Below are positions 11,503-25,796 of a stretch of DNA of 64,000 bases, piece by piece; the stretch's first letter is position 1; each line of letters begins with the position of its first letter. The position numbers and the translations under genes are program-made. The notes under the pieces are model-generated. The model was not told the DNA's origin and did no database searches. It saw only the letters and a program-made list of their open reading frames with translations. Source of the DNA: Selaginella moellendorffii (Eukaryota; Plantae; Lycopodiophyta); assembly GCF_000143415.4 (NCBI RefSeq), contig NW_003314442.1, positions 66,752 to 130,751 of the forward strand. The letters run 5' to 3'.

Positions 11503-13083
11503 TTATGGAAATTGAGCGTCCTTGAAAAAATTGGTGTAGAACCTGAGACCGTCGGGACCGTCGTCTCGGCACAAGAAGCCTAAAACACGACACAAGGCTC
11601 AGCGGCAGGGCGCGCGCGGAGACTACATGCGTACCTCGAGCCTCTGCAGAGAAGAGGTGCTCCTTGGCAAGAGCTGGAGCAACACCCAGGCACTTTGCCG
11701 CTTCCCTCGCACCAACGCCAGTGCGCAAGTCATCCACGAGACGCATGATCCTCGCCACCACCTGCAACCAAATGTAGCACTAGTTGGAGAATAAAAACGT
11801 ACCTCGTCATCGCTCTTGGACTTGATTTGTATGGCGAGGGCTCCACTGTCGAAGCGGCGCAGCATCACGGGCCTGGCAAAGTCAAGTCAGTCGAGTGCGA
11901 ACGGCTGGCAAGCCTGGGCTTACACGTCGAGTCTGTCCCACAGGTCACATGCCTGGAGCAAATCCTCGGGAGATATAAGCTCTACGCGAAGCCAAAGCGA
12001 ATTCCACTGTCGACGTGCCAGATTTCAAAAACAAGGGAGCCACAATCGTATACCTGTTCCCCTCGCGCGGTTGAACAAGCAGTAGACATCAACTAGAGCC
12101 AGCATCCCTCCCGCGCTTTGCAGAGGGCTCCCCACAAAGTCGGCCAACTTGAGGGCCAAAGTTAGCTAGACGCATGACATGCGCGAACGAGATCGAATCA
12201 CTCACCTGTCGCGAAAGCTGTTGGTGGTAGAGTGCACCCGCTGATTCTTTGGTAACTGGCGATGCGATGCCAACGCTCAGCAGCAAGTCGTGGAGCTCCT
12301 GCTGTGATCCCGATGCCGAGCCTTCTGTCAAGAGCCGGGCACGCATCTTATCAGCAAGTAGTACCATCTCCTTCGCTTTTCCCTGAAACAACAAGGACGA
12401 GGCTAGAATCTATCAAATCTTAGAGGCGTTTGACTGGAAAGCACCATGAGCGCGTTGAGATCGTGGAAGGCCTCTTGCAGGTTTTTATCTGTTTGTTCCC
12501 ACTGCTCCTGCTCCTTTCTCAAAATGCCAGACACTCCAGCTCGGGATGGATTCCAGTGGGACGAGGGCGTGGACGCGGATGCTGTGGAGGGGTTGACGGC
12601 GGCCGCGGGAAGAGTTTCCCATGCCCTCGACTGCAACACCGCTCCAAGCTGCGACACCAGGTTGTCGAAGCTGCTGGCGTGGCCCCGGAAGGAAAGGAGG
12701 AGCGTGACGGAGCTGTGCGCGGCAGCAGCTCCCTGGAGGCACAGCTTGCCGTTGGCACAAGTCCACACATAGACCCTGAGGCGCAGGGTGGAAGAGAAGA
12801 CGGACTTGAGGCCCTTTCGGGGAGCCGAGATCCGCGACACCGAGGACAAGGGCAGGAAGAAGGCGGATCGGGAGTGCTGGTGCACCCAAAACATCCGGGC
12901 ATTGGTGAGGATGAGGAGGCCAGACCTAAGTGGATCGCCCTCCACCCCGCTGTCCACCACTTCAATGTCCACTCCATCCAGCAGCTGGCATTCCACCTCT
13001 CCGGGCCCCAACAGCGGCCTGCCCGCGTCGCTCAGCGCGCCACTCTCGAGCAGCCGCTCCGCCCACCTCGAGCCCGAGCCCAT
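11503..13083 (-). CDS. VPS36: ESCRT-II subunit VPS36, multi-exon
   Basis: GLUE/PH domain ([21 protein letters not shown]), [47 protein letters not shown], terminal [16 protein letters not shown]. Confidence 0.92.
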
Positions 13084-13121
13084 TGGGAAGGAATGGCATG
13101 ACCTAATATATTTCTCGACAA

Positions 13122-13671
13122 TCAACATATCTGAAAGGGTGCTTCCGCGAGAGCCCTGGAAGCCGGCACCTTGTCCGGGACGAAGTCCGCCAAGAACTCG
13201 AGTTTGTCCATGGACGACACCGCGGAAGCTGCAGCAACCCTCTCACTCTCACGGTCTGAAGCACAAAACGAGGCAAATTTCCACTCACACAGGTCCTTGT
13301 ACACGAGGGTGGATCTGTCCTCCCCGGCCATGCCCTTGAATGCATCCTCCACGAACTGCTCCAGGAAGAGCTCCTGCGCCATACACAAGACAAACAGAGA
13401 GATCGCATCAAGAGAGACACGGACACGATACCGCGGCTTTGGCAATCACCACAATGGCTTCCATGCCCACCATGGCTATATCGTTCTCGCTCTTGATCAG
13501 CCGCCGCAGCCTCGACACCGGGAAGGGCAGGGACATGGCGGGTGAGAGCAGCTCCTCCTCCACGGCACCCCCATTCATGCGCACCTGCTCGTCCCATTCG
13601 CGAGCATCCTCTTCCTCCTCCTCTTCCTCCTCCTCACCCACGCCTTCGACCACCACCGCATCCTCCTCCAT
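13122..13671 (-). CDS. H2A-like histone-fold protein (DPB3/POLE4/NF-YC family)
   Basis: FPVSRLRRLIKSE..EAIVVIAKAA|ELFLEQFVEDA..LVYKDL..LEFLADFVP; acidic N-terminus. Confidence 0.8.
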
Positions 13672-13756
13672 TTTGCTGTGTGCCCTAAGTAGTAAGTCAG
13701 TTCATTTAACAATGGGAAATGTCAAGATCAAGTTTGACAGAGCTCAAGGAAAACAA

Positions 13757-15021
13757 TCAATCCCCCGACCCGATGCCGAAGGAGGACTTGAGGGCCTGGA
13801 AGAGCCTGTGGCCGAGGATGACGTTGGCGGCGTCGGTGGGGTGGAAAGGGTCCCAGAAGAGGTGGTTGCTTCTGTTGGAGCACATGTTGGAGATTGGCCT
13901 GGGGAAGCAGGGCAGCTGGCCGTTGAATCTCCCACCCCCGCAGCACCCGCGGTTGACACTCTCCATGCCGTAGGCGCCAGGCGTGGCAACCATGGCGGCA
14001 ACGGGTGTGTAGGTGTCGGCGTACACAATGCGGGCGCCTGGGAGCAGCGAGTGGAGCGACGCCAGCATGTCCTGCAGGCCGAGGTTGAAGCCGAGCATGA
14101 GCTGGTTGACGCTATCCACGCACGCCCCGTCGCTGCTCTTCTGCGCCAGCTGCGACGGGATGCAGCCCAGCGGGCCCAGCGATGCCACCACCATCCTCCG
14201 CGCCCCCAGGCGGTACAGCTCCTACACACCACGTTTATTCCATCTTAGCACGCTTTGAGGGCGCCACATATATGCTCACCGTCAGGTGCTGGGCGTAGGC
14301 AGCCAGGAGCAGGTCCTGGAACTGGCGCTCGCTGTAGCGGAACCTGGTGGCCGAGTCCGGCAGCAAGTAGTTGTTGATGTAGTCGTTGTTTCCAATGACG
14401 ATGGCGAAGAGTGAATCGGAGAGGAGCTGCTGGCAGCCGCTACTGCCCAGCTGCTGGACGAGGCCCGACAGCGTCTGCTGGAAGTAGTGCAGCTGCTGCG
14501 ACATTGATATCCGCTCAATCTGCAGACAGAGCGGGGGGGATCAAAATGCAATCCACACGGCTACCCTACCTTGAATCACCTACATAGTTCTTGCCGCTTT
14601 CGTCCAGAATGCCGCCGGCACCAGAGGCATAGTTGACACCCTTGAGGATGCGGGCGTTCTTGGTGCTTGGGTCCAGAAACGCAGGCACGTATGGCAATCC
14701 AATGAGCTCGCCTGCAGAAAAGATGAGGCGGCAGGACAAAACAGTACTAGGTAGATACTACTTACACACAACATCCAGCACCGTCTTGCCGTTGCAGAAG
14801 CGGCCGGTGGCACCCCAAGGTGAATCGATGCCATAGGGTGCAACATTGGCTTTGGCGAGGGTGAGCAAATAGTTGTTGTTCCCCACATCCACCAGGGAAT
14901 CCCCGAATATGAACATAGCAGGAACCAGGGCCCCGGCGGCAGCAGCCCTTGCCCTTCCCACGAGGAGGAAGACGACGAGGAGTAGGCGCCGCCCGTGGAT
15001 GGCCTTGGCACACCACTTCAT
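13757..15021 (-). CDS. GDSL esterase/lipase, secreted, multi-exon
   Basis: FIFGDSLVDVGNNNYL, PYGID..TGRFCNG, GVNYASGAGGI, IGNNDY, GPLGCIP, FWDPFHPT. Confidence 0.93.
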
Positions 15022-15271
15022 CTCTGCTCCTCTTCTTCTTTGGAGAGCTCAACAAAGACCAAGGCGGGCTCGGCTACCAATGCTTAGGACATTCATTCTA
15101 CTAGTTAAATCTCACGTCTGTGCATGTCACGTCCACACATGAATGCAAATCAGAAAGGGCAGCAGGCAATTTGCTTATGATGTTTGAAAAGGTGGCGGTC
15201 CTTTAAACAACTTAAGTTACTTCGTACAAAAAAGTTCCAAAATAATGTACACTACTTACACTATAATCCAA

Positions 15272-18200
15272 TTACAGCTCTGATAAAATGGCCGGGATAT
15301 AGTGTGACAGTTCTGCAGTGAGAGACTGGAAGCCATTCACCAGCTGCGAATGGAAATCTTGGTCTTCCTCCCCGATGAGCCTCGAGTGGATGCGTATCGC
15401 TCGCTTGCACACAGCCATAAACTCTAGCAATGCAGCAATCAGCTGCTGGAGCTCCTGGGACCGGAGCTTTGTCGCTGGCTCTCCAGAAAGGAAAGCCGAG
15501 CATACTCCTAGCACACCGCTGTTCACCTGAGAGTACAAGGAGCCATGAGCACAACAGTACTAGAAAAACACCACCCCAACGCTTACCTGTACTGCAACGC
15601 TGCCCTGAAGGATCCTTTGTAAGCTCTGCAGCCGAGGGAGATGGTCACCCTCGGAGTTGCGAGGCTCTTCGAGTTCATTTCTCAACGTAGCCGTCCTCGC
15701 TTCGATCATGCCTATGGCATTCTCTATGGGAGAGAACTCTCTCGACTCCGATTTGATCACGAGAAGCCGGTTTACCAGAGCGGGAAATGAGCCGTGCGTC
15801 TGCACGACCGTCCGCCTCTTCCACTGGTCCTCCAGTCCGCCTTGCGACTTGCCGTTTTTGGTAAACGGTGTATCAAACAGAAAGTGATCGAACACACGAG
15901 CACAGCTGCAAGCCGATGGTCGAGCAGCTATTCGTTCCTTCCGACTCTCCAAGTCCTCGCCTTCAAATATCGGATCCACCGAAGTTATTTGCAGATAGCA
16001 CACGCCACTTTCTAGTTCGTCGGCTTTGACCTGGCGCGAATCTGGTATTATGTGCAGCGTTTGGTCGGCACCCAGAACCAGCTCGTAGATGTGGCCCAGC
16101 TTCTCCATGATATCACCCAGGCGCACATCTTTGGCTTCCCTGTATACGTACTCCCGTCGATTGAGCTTCCCAAACTGTTCCCCGTAGAAGCCGACACGGT
16201 AGTATGTCGCATCGATGAAGGGCAGCGGGCTCGACTCCTGCTCCACAATTGACTCGTAAATAGCCGTCAGCGATGTGTGGCACTTGGCAAGCTGACCATA
16301 GGCTTTCCTGCTCTTGTGCACAGGAATCACCAGTTCCACAATCGCCGCACAAAAATGGAAGAGCTCGGCCTGCGCAAAGAGCTTGTTGCCAAGCTGTAGA
16401 TACTTGACAGCTGAATCCACCGTCAACTTCGACGCCCCATAGCCTTCTACTTCGGCAGCCGATGCCTCCACTGAGGTGGCAAGCATCGGACAGATCCTGC
16501 GGAGCGCCTCCAGATTATCTCGCCCCCAAACTAAATCATTTCTCGCTACCAAAGCCTGTAGACACCCATGCGTCAGTGTGAACATGCAACGGTAGCCCTT
16601 GCAGCTAAACTATACCTGCATAATGACGCCCGCTACGGCTACAGCACACTCCGCAGCTTCGGCCCACGACTGCATTTCTTGGTGGGCGTCACAAAGGTGA
16701 AGCAGCCACATTATGTGTAAATCAGGCACATGTGCGTATGCGACTGCCAAGCTGTGGAAACTTTCTGCTGCCGCATACTTGTCCGTTGTCATTATGGTCC
16801 CCTGAAACATTACTCCAGTTAACCACACAGCGAAGTAGCAATATGCACGTACCAGGAGAGCGTGCTCGATACTTGCATCCAGAGCTTGCAGCAGGGCCAC
16901 AGACATTTCTCGAACTTCCGACCACCGCCAGAGATTATCACGATCTCCATCAACCGCGGCATCTAGACAATTCGCCGGGAGACCACATTCTTTCAACAGG
17001 CCATCACTTATTTCTTCTGAAGCCATTTCTTGCAGTGATCTTTTCAAACGGCGAGCTTCGCCGCTCTCTTCAAAACTGCCATCAGGCTTCATCTGGGTGA
17101 CCTGCACTTCAGACATTAGTTCTGAGAGTGTTATTGTCAGCATGACGCGCAACCTGGCTGTACTTTGAAAGTAATAAAAGGAGCTCTGCACTTGGCATCA
17201 AACACGTTAGAAACACCTGAGAAAACAGACACAGAGCTCACCCGAATAAGAATTTGAAGGCCCACAACAGCTCTCTTTCGTATCGAGTCGTTCCGATACA
17301 CGGCAAGGTGCAAGAGATGGAACGCAATCTGCTTCAGGAAACGATCATTTTCTCTGCCCATTAGCGTCGCTCCATGACGTGTAAAGAGGTTGTTGAAGAC
17401 AGGAAAGAATGCTTTCCAGAATATAAGAGGTTGGCTGTGGGAGAAGAATCCCGTAAAAATAGCAGTGACACAATCCAGCTTTACGTAGTCAGTAGCAATG
17501 CTGTGCACAGACGCAACGTCTATGAATTTCTCCACTATTTCGAGCACCTGTAGGCTCACTGAAGTGCTAAGGTTCTCCTCCCAAAGCTCCTGTACAGTTC
17601 AGCTTGAATATAGAGAGCAACATCAAATCCATTTTCTTACGAGTTTCTGCCTCAGCATTGGGTGCAGGCTCTCGCGAAGAGCTCTGTTCGATGCCATTTT
17701 TCGAGAAGACTGTGCATGCGCCAAAGCTTCTCGTAGAGAGTAGGGCTGACTTGGAGAATTTAAATGAGGACTTGGCTTTTTCCACAGGTGACCATTTTCC
17801 GGAGTTGCTTGAGGCTGCATCCACTGTAAAATGATGGTCTTAGTTATCGCTTTGCCTGAGATTCAGCACCTCACCTTCAGCTCCTGTCGAGAAGCTTGGC
17901 TAAAAAAAGTATGAACTGCGGGCGACAGCGTATCAGAGTATTTGGGTGAGTATGCACCTTCGCTTTCCGGTGTTTGCATTGGTAAAGCTCCACCCAAGGA
18001 ATCATGCATCTTCCTATGCTGCACGGAGAATGGGAAAAGTAACTTCGTAGAAAAAGAGTTTACCTCAAAGAGGGAGAGACATTCTTCCATAAGTTTAAAG
18101 AAAAGTCTCGTACGAGCGACGCTCTGCTGCCATGCTTTTATCAATGACATATCATCAAGATGTCGGATAATTTGTACAACGCAAATTAGAACTTCTCGTT

Positions 18201-21200
18201 TCTCTGTCGCATTAAGATTGTAAAACACTGGCATTTCATCCAGAATCTGAAGCACGCCCTTCAGAAAACGAGGTTATAAAGCTTGAATCGGAACATACCA
18301 TGCCAACAAGTTGGAAGTACAGTTGTGATATGTACAGCTTGTCCTCGAGCTTCTGGTAGCGGCAGTCGAGCTCGTGCTTGCATGTGAGGACCACCAAAAT
18401 GCGTGCTGCCTTTACAGAAACGCTTTAGAGCTCCCAAATACGAAAACTCAAATCTACCTTCGATCTTTGTGATAAATCATCGTGATCCCATGTCAGGAAA
18501 AGTTCTTGCATAAGGCTTGAAGCAAGATAGTTTCTGCAAATACAACAAATTAAATACGCTTGTAAGAATGAATATGTCCGTACCTTTCAGAAGGGTCTCT
18601 TCCTGGCATTTCAATAAAAAGATCGTGGTCGCAGATGACTTGTAAGAAAGTCAGCTTACACTCGTGCAAAGAAGATTGGCAAACACCCGTAAACTTGTCA
18701 AAGTACAGCGCAATCTACAATAAAAAGAAGGCCTCGATTAGCAAACGCAAAAGTAACCAAAGCAACTTACTAGCTCAAACACTTGTCGGGGATCAACAAC
18801 GGAAAGTAAATCATAGCAAAAGAATGCCAGACTGCTGTTCAACCTTCTGGCTAGGCTGAGGCCCTTTTTGGATCGATCGTGAACTTCCGTAAGCAAGCAA
18901 TCGTACAAATTTGACACGCAGCGAAAAACTTCATCCGTTAGTTGCAAAGGTGGAGCATCCTCGTCTGCAAGGCAAGTTAATATCGGTAAGAAAGGTAGTT
19001 AGAAAAATCTGACCAGTAGGAAGGTTTTCCGGGAAAAGTCTAGCTTGCTCTAAAGCCATAGATCTAACGATCAGTTCGAAGAACACCCAAGCCATTGACA
19101 GCACGTCATCATATACAGGTCCAACTCGGTAGCCTTTTGCCTGCAAGAAAACTATTTCATGACAAGCTAACGAAGTTCCGATACTGCTACCTTGCTTCTA
19201 GCCAAGCCCCTCCAAACATTACACAATCCAGGGTAAACAGGAGGTCGACGCCCACCAAAATCATCAAAAGCGTAGTCAATAAATTGAACAAGATAGCGGT
19301 TTCGTTCGGCCCCGTCAGACGATTCTTGTTGCACCCTGAAAAGTTTCAAAACTGAGCGATACATTCCATTTTTTTAAAAGAAAAGAAAAGAAAACAGACC
19401 TTGTAAGTATATTCACCATGGCACGAAATGCAGCAACCTGGCACCAGCAAAAACGTATTTACAGCACAAATATAGAACTCCACATCATTAACCTGAAGGG
19501 TTTCCCCGCTGTCACTGATCAGATGCAACAACATATTCATCAAAGGTTGCAAAAATTGGAGCATGGACGTTGAATCCACATTCTTCAGACTGTTGATTGG
19601 CTGGTATTCATATAAGTGTTAGGACTCTTCAATAAAATTGGCGAACAAACACAAACCTCCAAAAGCTCGGAGCCCCAGGGAGCATTGGCCCTTAAAATGT
19701 GGCGATCAAATTCTATAGTGAAGTCCCTAATGCGCTCGTTTACTGAATATAATGAGGAACAAAGACGCAAGCGCAGCCTCAGCAATGCCCTCCCATCTTC
19801 CAAATGCTCAATTTTGTCCTGAAGAAATAACAATATGATACCAGTGAGCTATTTGCGACAGTACCTTTACAGAGTCTTGAAGATAATGCGGAACAAGATC
19901 CTTTAGGATCGGAAGGCTGGCATCAGAAAAGCGCATGCTTCTGTCGAAGAGACAATCAAGAATAAGTTTCAAATTTTCAACACACGTACTGAGCACCAGC
20001 TAAGAGGGGCAGGATAGCGTAGCCGACGACTACCTGCAACAATACCAAAAGTGAGAGACATGATGTTAGAGGAAGGAAAACAGCGTACTGGTTTTGGAGC
20101 CTCGAGTTTCATATTAAGATCCACGTGGAATAAAGTAAACAGAATGTGATGTTGTGCCGTTAGTACCGCCGGCAAATTCATTTTAAATTCGTCATGGTAA
20201 TATGCCGTTCGAGAAGCCACAGCAATTTGAGAATATGCCCACTCTCGCATGCCGGATTCAGCGTCACGGGGGTAAATAGCCTGGTGTAAGAAGAACTAAG
20301 CATCTGGCTCACAAATGCAAGACATACCTCCATTGCAGGCGTCTGGAGATCAATGTCATCCTTTCGGACCTCCACCCTGATGAAGAGATTCCTCTTCTTA
20401 CTAAACGTTACAGACAGCGGGTACACGTAAAGGCAGTGTATCGACTGCGTAAAAGGCTCACTCTTTGTAAAATGCCGAAACTCCATAAGAGGATGCTGGG
20501 AAAGATTAAAATTGTTAGGAACAACGCGTCACCACAGCACATCACTTACATCTGCAGGCAGCAATCGCTGCTTCACCTCAACGTTCCCAACCCGTCTCTT
20601 TCTGTTGTCCAAATCCGCATCACTGCTCCTTCCATCTGCCTCGCCGACCTGACTATCCTGGTTGTCAGGACTGCTACATACTGATGCTGCGTCTGGATCT
20701 AGATCCTCGGGGGCAAGGCGCTCGACTTCAAAGCGCAACGTAGCTTTGATAGGTTTATGAGCTTTCTTCTTCGGATCCTGCAAACATACGGCTCAGAGCG
20801 CCGGGCAGCAATGATCCTTTACAAACCTGAAGCCAGTCTTCATTGTAGCATTCCTTTACACGATTAAGGCCCGGAACGTCTAGCATGATGGGGTGGCCAA
20901 GACGCTTCCCCCCTTCCCCAACCGCGTCTGCTCCAGAGAGGGGACTGCTTGGAGAAGAGATACCTGTCATTGCCCCAGTTACACTCAAGTCAAACAACGG
21001 GACGGTGGCCCAAGCAAACGGCTCTTTGAATGGCATTATTCGAGCCCATACTTGGAGCCTTTGCTTCTCTCTTTCCGTCAAATGAGCCTGAAGACAGCGG
21101 TTAGCTTCACGGCCAGAGCTGATCAAGTAAAGAAAAACGTACAGGCTCCTTACGCGAATACACAGAGGATTTTACGCCACCTTCCTCAGTTGCATGCTTC

Positions 21201-22255
21201 TCGAGCTGCACAAGCATACAAATGGATGCCGAAGGAGCATCCACCGAAAAGATGGCACGCCTTTGGATAGCCACCGTTCCCTGAATGAGAATGTGAGACT
21301 AGGTGCGGAGTATGCGCGCATCACAAACCTCGCAAAATTCGCCAGGAAGGAACTCGAAATAAAAATCTTCAGACAGTTTTTCCCGCCTTTCTCGATGATA
21401 GAGGCTGAGGCTCCCATAGATTGGCTCTGCAGCGGACAGGCAGGCGTGAGGCAAATTTGCAGCTGCGAAGGCGGATCCAACGTACCCACGAAACCTGCTT
21501 GAAGCTTGAGTTGTAAGACCTTGACGGCAACCTTGAGACCACTGTCGCAAACAGCAAAGACGACAGACAGTTAAGTAGGGTAAATGCAGAGAAACACCAC
21601 AACCTGCCAAGAGAAGCTGGAGGGGGTTCCGGCAGTCGCTGGCCACTTATAGCGCCTCTCTCGGATTCCCAGTTGAATGCAGGCTCGTAAGCATGAAGAG
21701 GGGAGGGGCCGAGATGCTGCTGCACAAAGAGAGGGGAGGGGGGGGGGGGATTTATTCCTTCCACCACCGAGAAAGTGAGGACTGCACCTTCAGCTTCTTT
21801 GTACGCCCGGGAGTATTGGTGGCCTCTTCGCTGTCACACGCGCTTGGGCCCTGGCGCAGGTTGGAGAGGTGTAACTCTTGCAAGGGAAAGGCGCATCAAC
21901 AAAAGAGTGTGAGTGCGGGGGAACGAGGCAGCGGGCAGGCAGAGAGCTCTTACCGGTTTCTACATCGGTGTCGGGTCCCTCGAAAATCTGATTGTGAAAG
22001 GCAGGGCGCGAGACGCTTTGGTAGTGGCCGTACTTGGCGTCATCCGTGAGCCAGGCCGAGCTGTAGGATTGCAAGACAAGCTTGAGATGGGGGCAGTGCT
22101 CCGCATCTGCTTGCAGCTGCTGCAGCCAACACCAGCAATCAACAATAAGCTCCCCAGGATGAACAAACCTGTGGATCCAGCTCCAAGGCGCTTGACGGGA
22201 ACGCCACTCCCCGGCTCATCCTCTTGAACCGCTGCCCGCGACCGGGAGCTGCCAT
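15272..22255 (-). CDS. SPK1: DOCK-family ROP guanine nucleotide exchange factor SPIKE1, many exons
   Basis: N-terminal KYGHY..FHNQIFEGPDTDVET, DHR1/C2 (LYVYPL..KRNLFIRVE), DHR2 (ATYYRVGFYG, FLFDTPFTKNGK, LQRILQGSVAVQVN), C-terminus HYIPAILSEL. Confidence 0.95.
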
Positions 22256-22619
22256 GGCGATCTACCTAGAGGCACGCTAGGACGCAATGCAGGTGCGCCC
22301 TACCATTCACCATTCACACTGTTGCATTGTGGCTCACCCTTGCGCACCAAGCTACGTGACCTCCACGCGACATCATCATTCCCGCCTTGGCCGCCCTCCC
22401 TCCTCCTCCTCCTCCTCCGCATCGCCAGCGCCCTAGCCCAGCCAACCTGGGATATTCCATTCCCCACTACCACGTGGACGGTGAGGATGGTCATTATATG
22501 CTATGAAACTTGGATGGGAATGGGATGGCAGCGCTTGCTTCCTACCCAGAAAAGGACAGCGCACTAGAGACCGATCCATTGGCCGACCTGGCCGCCACCA
22601 GCAATCGCTCCAGCCAGAA

Positions 22620-25600
22620 ATGCCGCCGCTCCTCCTCCTCCTCCTCCTCCTCCTCCTCGCCGCCACGCTCCTCCATGTCGGCCTCTCCGACACCGTGGCC
22701 TATGATCACAGGGGCCTTATCATCAATGGCCAGCACCGGATGCTCATCTCGGCATCCATCCACTACCCTCGCGCAGCTCCTCAGGTATAGCCACCCATCT
22801 CCGATTCTCTACGCAACCTCTGAATTCATCTGCAGATGTGGAGCCAGCTCATCTCCAATGCCAAAGCCGGTGGAATTGACGTGATCGAAACGTACGTCTT
22901 CTGGGACGGGCATCAGCCCACCAGGGACACTGTAAGCTCTTCCCCGGGCGCTTGTACAGACTTGATTCTTGCCTCATTCCCTCCAGTACAACTTCGAGGG
23001 GCGATTCGACCTGGTTTCGTTTGTCAAGTTGGTCCACGAGGCGGGCCTATATGCCAATCTCCGGATCGGCCCTTACGTGTGCGCGGAATGGAACCTCGGG
23101 TGAGAATCTCTCTCCTTCGTTGCATGCAACAACATTCCTTGGTTTTCATCAGGGGCTTCCCCGTGTGGCTCAAGGACGTGGCAGGAATTGAATTCAGAAC
23201 AAACAACCAGCCCTTCAAGGTATGATTCACGCGCTCGCTGCTCAAGATTGCATCCGCCCCCGGCACCCAAGTTTGTCAACTCTTCAGGCGGAGATGCAAA
23301 CGTTCGTGGAGAAGATCGTGGCGATGATGAAACATGACAAGCTTTTCGCGCCTCAGGGTGGACCAATCATACTGGCTCAGGTACTCTTGCATTTCTTGAT
23401 TGTGTGCAAAGAAAAGCAGCACAGATTGAGAACGAGTATGGCAACATCGACGCGGCATATGGAGCGGCAGGAAAGGAGTACATGGTGTGGGCCGCAAACA
23501 TGTCCCAGGGTCTCGGCACGGGTGTGCCCTGGATCATGTGCCAGCAGTCGGACGCACCAGACTACATCGTGAGCTTTTGATTATATAAGGCTTTCATGAC
23601 ACCCTTTCGCTCCTGCAGCTAGACACTTGCAACGGCTTCTACTGCGATGCCTGGGCTCCCAACAACAAGAAGAAACCCAAAATGTGGACCGAGAATTGGA
23701 GCGGCTGGTGAGCCACGTTTGAGGAAGGTTGAATGCCCCTTGGTTATGTCTTGGATCACCCACAGGTTCCAGAAATGGGGAGAGGCATCCCCGCACAGGC
23801 CCGTGGAAGACGTTGCCTTCGCTGTAGCCCGTTTCTTCCAGCGCGGGGGAAGCTTCCAAAACTACTACATGGTTGGGGGTTGGGCTCTTCCTTGCAATGT
23901 GCTAAATCTCGTCTGGAAACCTTGCAGTACTTTGGCGGCACCAATTTCGGGCGATCATCCGGAGGCCCATACGTTACGACCAGCTACGATTACGACGCAC
24001 CCATTGATGAGTTTGGTAAAAGGGTTGTGTGCCGCAGTATACCATGCTAACGCGCGTAACGTGCAGGAGTAATTCGCCAGCCCAAATGGGGCCATTTGAA
24101 GCAGCTGCACGCTGCAATCAAGCTCTGCGAAGCCGCGCTTGGCTCCAACGATCCCACCTACATTTCCTTGGGCCAACTGCAAGAGGTAAACACGGGCTTG
24201 TAAACCTGGTCTTCACCCTCTTGCAGGCCCATGTCTACGGGAGCACGTCATCCGGAGCTTGTGCAGCTTTTCTGGCAAACATTGATTCCAGCTCCGATGC
24301 CACCGTGAAGTTCAACTCTCGGACGTATCTTCTACCCGCCTGGTCTGTCAGTATTCTCCCCGACTGCAAAACAGTCAGCCACAACACCGCTAAGGTCTCT
24401 CACTCTCTCTCCCTTCTTCTCATGCTGACGATGAAACGTTTCTATCCGAAGGTGGACGTTCAAACAGCCATGCCAACAATGAAGCCCTCCATCACGGGGT
24501 TGGCCTGGGAATCCTATCCTGAACCAGTCGGAGTGTGGAGCGACAGTGGTATTGTGGCGTCGGCATTGCTCGAACAAATCAACACAACCAAGGATACAAG
24601 CGACTACCTTTGGTACACCACAAGGTGGATTTTGACTTTTCTCCGGCTACCTGGAGCTTTGCTTACACCCTCTGGGCAGCCTGGATATCTCTCAAGCAGA
24701 TGCCGCGTCTGGAAAAGCACTTCTTTATCTTGAAAGCATGAGAGACGTAGTTCATGTCTTTGTCAACGGAAAACTAGCAGGTAGCTGGCTTTCTAGATTT
24801 CCCGCTCTAAACACTTATATGGCATGATTCAGGCAGCGCAAGCACAAAGGGAACCCAACTGTATGCCGCTGTGGAACAGCCTATCGAGCTAGCCTCGGGG
24901 CACAACTCCCTGGCGATTCTTTGCGCTACGGTTGGCCTACAGGTTGTCTATCTGACCAGCGCAAGTGTGTGCGGCTTTCTTACTTCGCTCCGCAGAACTA
25001 TGGTCCATTTATCGAGACATGGGGTGCCGGCATCAACGGCTCGGTCATAGTCAAGGGCCTTCCCTCGGGTCAAATAGATCTCACTGCTGAAGAATGGATA
25101 CACCAGGTTCGCTCGCCACAATGAGCCTTTTGTTATTCTGTGTGGACGCAGGTAGGCCTCAAGGGGGAAAGCTTGGCCATCTTCACGGAGAGCGGATCTC
25201 AGAGAGTGAGGTGGTCGTCGGCAGTCCCTCAAGGGCAGGCATTAGTGTGGTACAAGGTAATCTTCCAACACCATGGTATCACATGTATCGTGTGGATTGC
25301 AATGCAGGCGCACTTTGACAGCCCCAGCGGCAACGATCCGGTGGCTTTGGACTTGGAAAGCATGGGGAAGGGCCAGGCATGGATCAACGGGCAGAGTATT
25401 GGGCGCTTTTGGCCATCCTTGCGTGCACCTGACACTGCCGGATGCCCTCAAACGTGTGACTATCGCGGCAGCTATTCCTCTTCCAAGTGCAGGAGTGGCT
25501 GTGGCCAACCTTCTCAGCGATGGTGAGCTATGGACCTTGTACAAGATTACCTAACGTCTCTACCTCTAGGTACCATGTTCCACGCAGCTGGCTCCAAGAC

Positions 25601-25681
25601 GGCGGAAACTTGGTGGTGTTGTTTGAGGAGGAAGGTGGCAAGCCGTCTGGTGTGTCATTCGTGACCAGGACGGTGGTTTGA
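22620..25681 (+). CDS. BGAL: GH35 beta-galactosidase, multi-exon; apparently lacks the C-terminal SUEL lectin domain
   Basis: Signal peptide; [65 protein letters not shown]; stops at FVTRTVV. Confidence 0.93.
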
Positions 25682-25796
25682 GCAGGCGCCGGCCCTGCTT
25701 GCTTCTTGTGCTTGCTGAGGTAACTGGGCCGACAAAACAAGCCTAGTACATATATATATCTATATACAAATTTCTGGGATCCCCTTTCAAGTGGGC

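Noticed and set aside
6984-14248. Long antisense or alternate-frame ORFs (e.g. 6984-7838, 10386-11129, 12430-13101, 13340-14248)
   Set aside because: Shadows of GC-rich real genes with no recognisable motifs
22300-22600. Small ORFs between SPK1 and BGAL
   Set aside because: Low-complexity (CCT)n-driven, no recognisable homology; probably promoter or UTR
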